From Oscillospiraceae bacterium (GTDB lineage Bacteria > Bacillota > Clostridia > Oscillospirales > Ruminococcaceae): a stretch of DNA of 35,884 bases. Where the stretch lies: NCBI GenBank assembly GCA_032091455.1, contig DAMDCT010000003.1, positions 31,096 through 66,979 of the forward strand. Direction: 5' to 3'. Positions 30,529-35,884 of this stretch are shown piece by piece. The notes beneath the pieces are model-generated. The model was given only the letters and a program-made list of their open reading frames with translations. It ran no database searches and was not told where the DNA came from. The number at the start of each line of letters is the position of its first letter. Positions within the stretch are counted from its first letter, which is position 1. The translations under genes and the position numbers were made by a program.

Positions 30529-30906
30529 ATGAGAAAATCAAAAGACGAGGGATCCATTACAATATCCTGCATTGCTGACGATCAACCTGCCTGTGGGTTT
30601 ATGGTCTCATTAATAGATAAATATGGTCGATGTGTTTGTGAGCAGTGTAGCAACTACAATGGTCAAGCAAAATTCTTGATTGAACGAGCAGGAAAGTATC
30701 GAATAAAAGTTGAGTCTTTTGGTAATTACAACCTAAGATCATCAAGCAGATGGAGATTATTATATTGTAATGAAAAATACCATCAAACTTTCATGTTTAA
30801 CTCATATAATAAAATATTCGGTAAGTTAAAAATCACTCTAAGTGATAAAAATTATCCAGAATACAAATTAAGAAATGGAGAATATAAATTATGGCTGACA
30901 TTTTAA
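30529..30906 (+). CDS. Basic, Cys-rich prealbumin-like (SpaA/CnaB-like) protein with extra C-terminal two-strand segment
   Basis: GGAG RBS; GSITIS...FMVSLID..G...SNYNGQAKF....GKYRI pattern; 6 Cys; no signal peptide. Confidence 0.7.
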   Translation: MRKSKDEGSITISCIADDQPACGFMVSLIDKYGRCVCEQCSNYNGQAKFLIERAGKYRIKVESFGNYNLRSSSRWRLLYCNEKYHQTFMFNSYNKIFGKLKITLSDKNYPEYKLRNGEYKLWLTF

Positions 30907-31478
30907 TTGGAACTGCTAATACCAACGCTAACGGCATAGCTGAATTTAGCACTTTACCACCTGGAAATTACAAATATGTTCAAACAAGTGCAAAAACTGG
31001 ATATACCATTGATGCAACTCCGCATACTTTTACAGTTACTAGCGCGACTCCTATCGATGAAGATAGAACTAATTCACCAACTGAAACTGGTACACTAACT
31101 ATTACAAAACATGTTGAAGGTAGCCCTACTCAAGTTCTATCAGGCGCAACATTCAAATTGATGGATAGTGCTGACAAGACAGTTCAAGCAGTTTCTGCAG
31201 CTTCTGCAGCTGATGGAACAATTGTATTTAATAACTTAATGACAATAACTGGAACACCTCAAAGCTACAAGGTTCAAGAGGTTACTCCACCAACAGATTA
31301 CGAATTAAATGTAAACGTCTATACTGATAGCGTAACAGTTAGTACAAACACAGATCGAGCTGTTCCAAATACAGCTTCATTTTTAGGCGAGGCTGACATT
31401 ACACTAACAGATACAAACTACACTCAATATGGACTTGATGGTGTTGAATACACTCTATACTGGGTTGACGCAACTTAA
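30891..31478 (+). CDS. SpaA/CnaB-like pilin-related protein, circularly permuted, no signal peptide or sorting signal
   Basis: TNANG.AEF..LPPGNY.....A..GY and GTLTITK...LSGATFKL...DG.IVF.NL...YKVQE..PP.DY...PN; GGAG 10 nt before ATG. Confidence 0.85.
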   Translation: MADILIGTANTNANGIAEFSTLPPGNYKYVQTSAKTGYTIDATPHTFTVTSATPIDEDRTNSPTETGTLTITKHVEGSPTQVLSGATFKLMDSADKTVQAVSAASAADGTIVFNNLMTITGTPQSYKVQEVTPPTDYELNVNVYTDSVTVSTNTDRAVPNTASFLGEADITLTDTNYTQYGLDGVEYTLYWVDAT

Positions 31479-31490
31479 TTTTATTCATCA

Positions 31491-31553
31491 AAAGACTGCC
31501 AATGCAGTCTTTACATAGAAAAACCTCACTTTGATTTTTCAAAATGAGGTTTT
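31491..31553. terminator. Two hairpins between the convergent pilin-like gene and parC
   Basis: AAAGACTGC-N4-GCAGTCTTT and AAAACCTCA...TGAGGTTTT. Confidence 0.7.
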
Positions 31554-31559
31554 ATATTT

Positions 31560-33791
31560 TTATAACATTAATTGCTCGCCTTCATCTTCTAATCGAACAA
31601 TAGCACCAGTTGATGGAATATTTTTTGTTCTAAATCTATGAGCATTTGCGAGTGTATTTTCATCAAACACTTCTACACGCTCAATAAAGTGATTTTTCTT
31701 TACAGTCATAACCTGGACGCCCTGAGTATTTTTAGTGGTTTTTTCAGCAAGCATTGCAGAATTAAATAGCAACTTGCGTTTTGCCGTTGAAGTTAGTACA
31801 TATTCCTTATCCTCTAGTGAATCAATTGCTGTCACTAACTTAAACTTATCACAATATGCGTTGCTTAATTTTTTACGTTTAGTCTTAGTTTCATATGCTG
31901 AAATAGGAACTTTTGCAACTTTACCATTATCAAAAAAGAATAACATATTACCACTATAATCTTTAGTTATCACCATACATACAATCTTTTCATCAGTGTC
32001 AAAGCTTAGTTTTGCAGGGATATAATCACCTAATACACTTGATTTAGTATCATCAAACTCACTTGCACGGGTTTTATATACCTGTTGTTTATCTGTAAAA
32101 AACAATAAATCAACTGAATTTGTTGTTTCAATATGATAAATCATTTCATCAGTTTCCTTTAGTTTATGCTCACCACTCATGCGCAATGATTGAGGAGTAA
32201 TCTTCTTAAAATAACCTTCCTTAGATAAAAAGATATTAACAGGATAATCAGGTACTTCTTCCTCAAATTCTTCCTCAAGTATGTCACTCGCATAGATAAA
32301 CATTGTCTTTCTAGGTTGTGAATACTTAGTTATAACTTCTTTGAGCTCATTTATTATTATTGTTTTAATTTTTCGAGGATTTGCAAGTATATCTTCCATT
32401 TCTGCAATATCAGCTAAAAGCTGTGCAATCTCTTGAGTGCGTTTCATGATATACTCACGATTTAAGTGACGAAGCTTTATCTCTGCAACATAATCAGCCT
32501 GTATTTCATCAATACCAAAACCAATCATCAAGTTTGGTACAACCTCTTTTTCCTCTTGAGTTTCACGAACAATCCTAATTGCCTTATCAATATCGAGCAG
32601 AATTTTATCTAATCCCTTTAACAAGTGTAGTTTTTCTTTTTTCTTCTTCAAATCAAAGTAAACACGACGTTTTACGCAATCAGTTCTAAATGCAATCCAC
32701 TCTTCAAGGATCTCTTTTATTCCCATTACACGAGGGTATCCAGCTATTAGTATATTAAAATTACATGAAAAATTATCTTGTAGAGGTGTCATCTTGAAAA
32801 GCTTTTGCATTAACTTTTCAGCATCAACACCACGTTTTAAATCAATTGTCAATTTAAGACCGCTTAAATCAGTTTCATCACGCAAGTCAGCAATTTCCTT
32901 GATTTTATTAAGCTTAACAAGATCAACAATTTTATCCATAATAGCCTCAACTGTTGTTGTTGCTGGAATTTCGGTTATCTCAATACAGTTTAGTTGTTTA
33001 TCATAATTGTATTTTGCCCGCACTTTTATGCTTCCACGTCCTGTATCAATTGCTTTTTTCAATTCTGCTTTATCATGTATTATTAACCCACCACCTGCAA
33101 AATCAGGACCTTGCAAAGTTTCAATAATATTATGATCAGGATTTTTAAGAAGTGCAATTGTAGTTTCACATATTTCTTTCAGATTGAATGGGCAAATATT
33201 ACTTGCCATGGAAACTGCAATACCTACATTATAATTTACGAGAACTGATGGAAATGTAGTAGGAAACAATGTCGGTTCAGTAGTTGTATTATCATAGTTT
33301 GGTATGAAATCAACTGTATCTTTATCCATGTCCCTAAAAAACTCAGTACATATTGGTGCAAGTTTTGCCTCAGTATAACGGGATGCCGCCCATGCCATAT
33401 CACGTGAATATGATTTACCAAAGTTACCCTTTGAGTCAACATATGGATGTAATAATGCTTCATATCCTTTAGATAAACGTACCATTGTATCATAAATAGC
33501 TTGGTCACCATGTGGATTAAGCCTCATAGTCTGTCCAACAATGTTTGCAGATTTTGTTTTTGTTCCTGTTAAAAGCCCCATTTTGTACATTGTATATAAA
33601 AGCTTACGATGTGATGGCTTAAACCCATCAATTTCAGGCAATGCACGAGAAATAATTACACTCATGGCGTAAGGCATAAAATTCTTCTCTAAAGTTTGAG
33701 TGATTGGTTGTTCAACCACTATGCCTGCACCTGCAATATATGCATTATTCTTTGCTTTTTTAGGAGTTTGATTTTCCTTTTTTTTAGCCAT
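31560..33791 (-). CDS. parC: Type IIA topoisomerase subunit A, topoisomerase IV (ParC)-like; may be annotated gyrA
   Basis: RALPEIDGFKPSHR, PHGD, catalytic SRYTEAKL; no QRRGGKG GyrA-box seen. Confidence 0.8.
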   Translation of the reverse strand: MAKKKENQTPKKAKNNAYIAGAGIVVEQPITQTLEKNFMPYAMSVIISRALPEIDGFKPSHRKLLYTMYKMGLLTGTKTKSANIVGQTMRLNPHGDQAIYDTMVRLSKGYEALLHPYVDSKGNFGKSYSRDMAWAASRYTEAKLAPICTEFFRDMDKDTVDFIPNYDNTTTEPTLFPTTFPSVLVNYNVGIAVSMASNICPFNLKEICETTIALLKNPDHNIIETLQGPDFAGGGLIIHDKAELKKAIDTGRGSIKVRAKYNYDKQLNCIEITEIPATTTVEAIMDKIVDLVKLNKIKEIADLRDETDLSGLKLTIDLKRGVDAEKLMQKLFKMTPLQDNFSCNFNILIAGYPRVMGIKEILEEWIAFRTDCVKRRVYFDLKKKKEKLHLLKGLDKILLDIDKAIRIVRETQEEKEVVPNLMIGFGIDEIQADYVAEIKLRHLNREYIMKRTQEIAQLLADIAEMEDILANPRKIKTIIINELKEVITKYSQPRKTMFIYASDILEEEFEEEVPDYPVNIFLSKEGYFKKITPQSLRMSGEHKLKETDEMIYHIETTNSVDLLFFTDKQQVYKTRASEFDDTKSSVLGDYIPAKLSFDTDEKIVCMVITKDYSGNMLFFFDNGKVAKVPISAYETKTKRKKLSNAYCDKFKLVTAIDSLEDKEYVLTSTAKRKLLFNSAMLAEKTTKNTQGVQVMTVKKNHFIERVEVFDENTLANAHRFRTKNIPSTGAIVRLEDEGEQLML

Positions 33792-33802
33792 TATTCACCC
33801 TC

Positions 33803-35788
33803 CTATGATATATCAGCAAGCTCAATATAAGCTTGTCCGTTTTCTTGGATAAAGTCTTTTCTTCCTTGAACATCATCACCAAACAGCATATCAAACATAT
33901 ATGCTGTTTTTTTTGCCTCTTCCGGTGTAACCTTTATCAATCTACGAGTTTCGGGGTTCATAGTTGTAAGCCACATCATATCCGGCTCATTTTCACCAAG
34001 TCCTTTTGAACGTTGAATTGTGTATTTTGAACCCTCAACCATATTAAATATATCTAATTTTTCTTGCTCAGTATATGCAAAATATGCTCTATCCTTTGTA
34101 TTTATCTCATATAACGGTGACTCTGCTATATATACCAATCCATTTTCGATTAGTGTTGGTGTAAGGCGATGTAGCATGGTTAAAATAAGCGTCCTAATAT
34201 GAAAACCGTCATAATCGGCATCGGTACATATTACGATTTTATTCCAACGAAGTCCATCTAAATCAAAGCTTGATAGTTCTTTGTTAGCCTTAGAATTAAC
34301 TTCTACTCCACAGCCTAATACTTTAATAATATCTGTAATTATCTCATTTTTAAATATTTTATTATACTCTGCCTTTAAGCAGTTTAATATCTTTCCTCTT
34401 ACTGGAATGATTGCTTGAAACTCTGCATCCCTTGACAATTTACAAGCACCAAGTGCAGAATCACCCTCCACTATATAAATCTCACGACGAGCTATATCCT
34501 TTGTTCGGCAATCAACAAACTTTTGCACACGATTGGATAAGTCAATACTTCCTGCAAGTTTTTTCTTTAAGTTAAGCCTTGTTTTCTCGGCATTTTCACG
34601 ACTTCTTTTATTTATTAAAATCTGCTCAGCAACTTTTATTGCCTCATCTGGATTTTCGATAAAATAAACCTCTAGTTGATGCTTTAAAAACTCTGTCATT
34701 GCTTCATATATAAATTTATTGTTAATAGACTTTTTTGTTTGATTTTCATATGATGTTTGAGTAGAAAATGATGATGACACAAGCACTAAACAGTCCTCAA
34801 CATCAACATAGCTTATCTTGCTTTCATTCTTTAGATATTTTCCACTTTGTTTTAAATATGAATCAATTTGTGATACAAATGCTTGTTTCACAGCACGTTC
34901 AGGTGAACCACCATGCTCAAGCCAACTTGAGTTATGATAATATTGGGTCATTTTTGTTAGATTAGTAAAAACTAAAGCAACAGAAAGCTTTACTTTATAT
35001 TCAGGCTTGTCCTCTCTATCCTTACCTCTTCTCTCAGTTTCCCAATATTGAGGTGTAGTTAACGTATTTTCTCCTGCAAGCTCTAACACATAATCGCTTA
35101 TGCCATTTTCATATAAAAATTCTTCTTTTTCAATGCCTTCACTTGTTTCATTTCTAAACTCAAATACAAGCCCTTTATTTACAACAGCTTGGCGCTTTAA
35201 CACATCTCTAAAAAACTCAGCAGTAACATCAATATCAGTAAACACATCAAGGTCTGGTCGCCATTTGAATTTTGAACCTGTTTGTTTCTTATTTGTAGTT
35301 TCTTTTCTTAATTCTCCTACAATCTCACCTTTTTCAAATCTTAGATTATATTTAAATCCGTCGTAAAATACCTCGACGTCCATATATTCAGAAGAATATT
35401 GAGTAGCACAAAGTCCAAGACCGTTCAAGCCGAGTGAATACTCGTAACTTTCGCCCTCGTTTGTCTTATATTTACCACCTGCATATAATTCGCAAAACAC
35501 AAGCTCCCAGTTAAAACGTTGCTCATTATTGTTGTAATCAACCGGACATCCCCGTCCAAAATCTTGAATCTCAATAGAGTGGTCTTTGTAACGTGTTATT
35601 ATTATTCTGTCACCATGTCCCTCCCTTGCCTCATCAATAGAGTTAGAGAGTATCTCGAAAATCGAGTGCTGACAGCCTTCAATTCCGTCAGAGCCAAATA
35701 TAACCGCAGGACGTCTTCTTACACGGTCTGCTCCCTTTAGTGAGGATATACTTTCATTTCCATAATCCTTATTTGTTTTCTTTGGCAT
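33803..35788 (-). CDS. parE: Type IIA topoisomerase subunit B, ParE-like; may be annotated gyrB
   Basis: VRRRP, NSIDE, DFGRG, GLNGLG, EGDSA, PVRGKILN, DADYDG, RSKGLGEN. Confidence 0.8.
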   Translation of the reverse strand: MPKKTNKDYGNESISSLKGADRVRRRPAVIFGSDGIEGCQHSIFEILSNSIDEAREGHGDRIIITRYKDHSIEIQDFGRGCPVDYNNNEQRFNWELVFCELYAGGKYKTNEGESYEYSLGLNGLGLCATQYSSEYMDVEVFYDGFKYNLRFEKGEIVGELRKETTNKKQTGSKFKWRPDLDVFTDIDVTAEFFRDVLKRQAVVNKGLVFEFRNETSEGIEKEEFLYENGISDYVLELAGENTLTTPQYWETERRGKDREDKPEYKVKLSVALVFTNLTKMTQYYHNSSWLEHGGSPERAVKQAFVSQIDSYLKQSGKYLKNESKISYVDVEDCLVLVSSSFSTQTSYENQTKKSINNKFIYEAMTEFLKHQLEVYFIENPDEAIKVAEQILINKRSRENAEKTRLNLKKKLAGSIDLSNRVQKFVDCRTKDIARREIYIVEGDSALGACKLSRDAEFQAIIPVRGKILNCLKAEYNKIFKNEIITDIIKVLGCGVEVNSKANKELSSFDLDGLRWNKIVICTDADYDGFHIRTLILTMLHRLTPTLIENGLVYIAESPLYEINTKDRAYFAYTEQEKLDIFNMVEGSKYTIQRSKGLGENEPDMMWLTTMNPETRRLIKVTPEEAKKTAYMFDMLFGDDVQGRKDFIQENGQAYIELADIS

Positions 35789-35820
35789 ATGCCCTCCTGT
35801 TTAGTTGAATAAATATCGGT

Positions 35821-35884
35821 AAACCACACGCGTATGCGTGTGGTTTCTTACACGGCGTATGCGTGTGGTTTCTTACACGGCGTA
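35821..35884. repeat. Hairpin overlapping a 25-bp tandem repeat running off the window end
   Basis: AAACCACACGC-GTAT-GCGTGTGGTTT; unit CGTATGCGTGTGGTTTCTTACACGG at 35831 and 35856, third copy starting at 35881. Confidence 0.85.

Noticed and set aside
16053..35740. Short ORFs antisense to or nested in the hydrogenase, arg, MATE, dfx and topoisomerase genes
   Set aside because: They overlap well-supported genes and have no recognisable motifs.
35831..35884. CRISPR array
   Set aside because: Units are directly adjacent with no spacers, and there are no cas genes in the window.

Overview
AT-rich chromosomal segment of an anaerobic Clostridia-class firmicute (gene set resembles Oscillospiraceae/Ruminococcaceae; inference), mostly encoded on the minus strand. 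In order it holds: a truncated membrane protein, rlmB, three small conserved genes, pgi, three chemoreceptors (two are tandem duplicates) each with a sigma28-type promoter, a GH1 glycosidase, a 44-aa basic ORF absent from the ORF track, tRNA-fMet, rsmE, a group B-type [FeFe]-hydrogenase operon with a Rex box, a GGDEF protein, argG-H-C-J-B-D-F, a MATE pump, desulfoferrodoxin, two SpaA/CnaB-like genes and a ParE/ParC-like topoisomerase pair. The most unusual element is the gene pair at 30529-31478. It encodes a signal-peptide-less, circularly permuted pilin-like protein and a Cys-rich partner that ends in the same orphan two-strand segment, a candidate fibre polymerising by strand donation (hypothesis). 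Three lesions (argG deletion/frameshift, in-frame deletion in the hydrogenase, an A-run frameshift) could be real or assembly errors. All calls come from reading motifs by eye; no searches were run.
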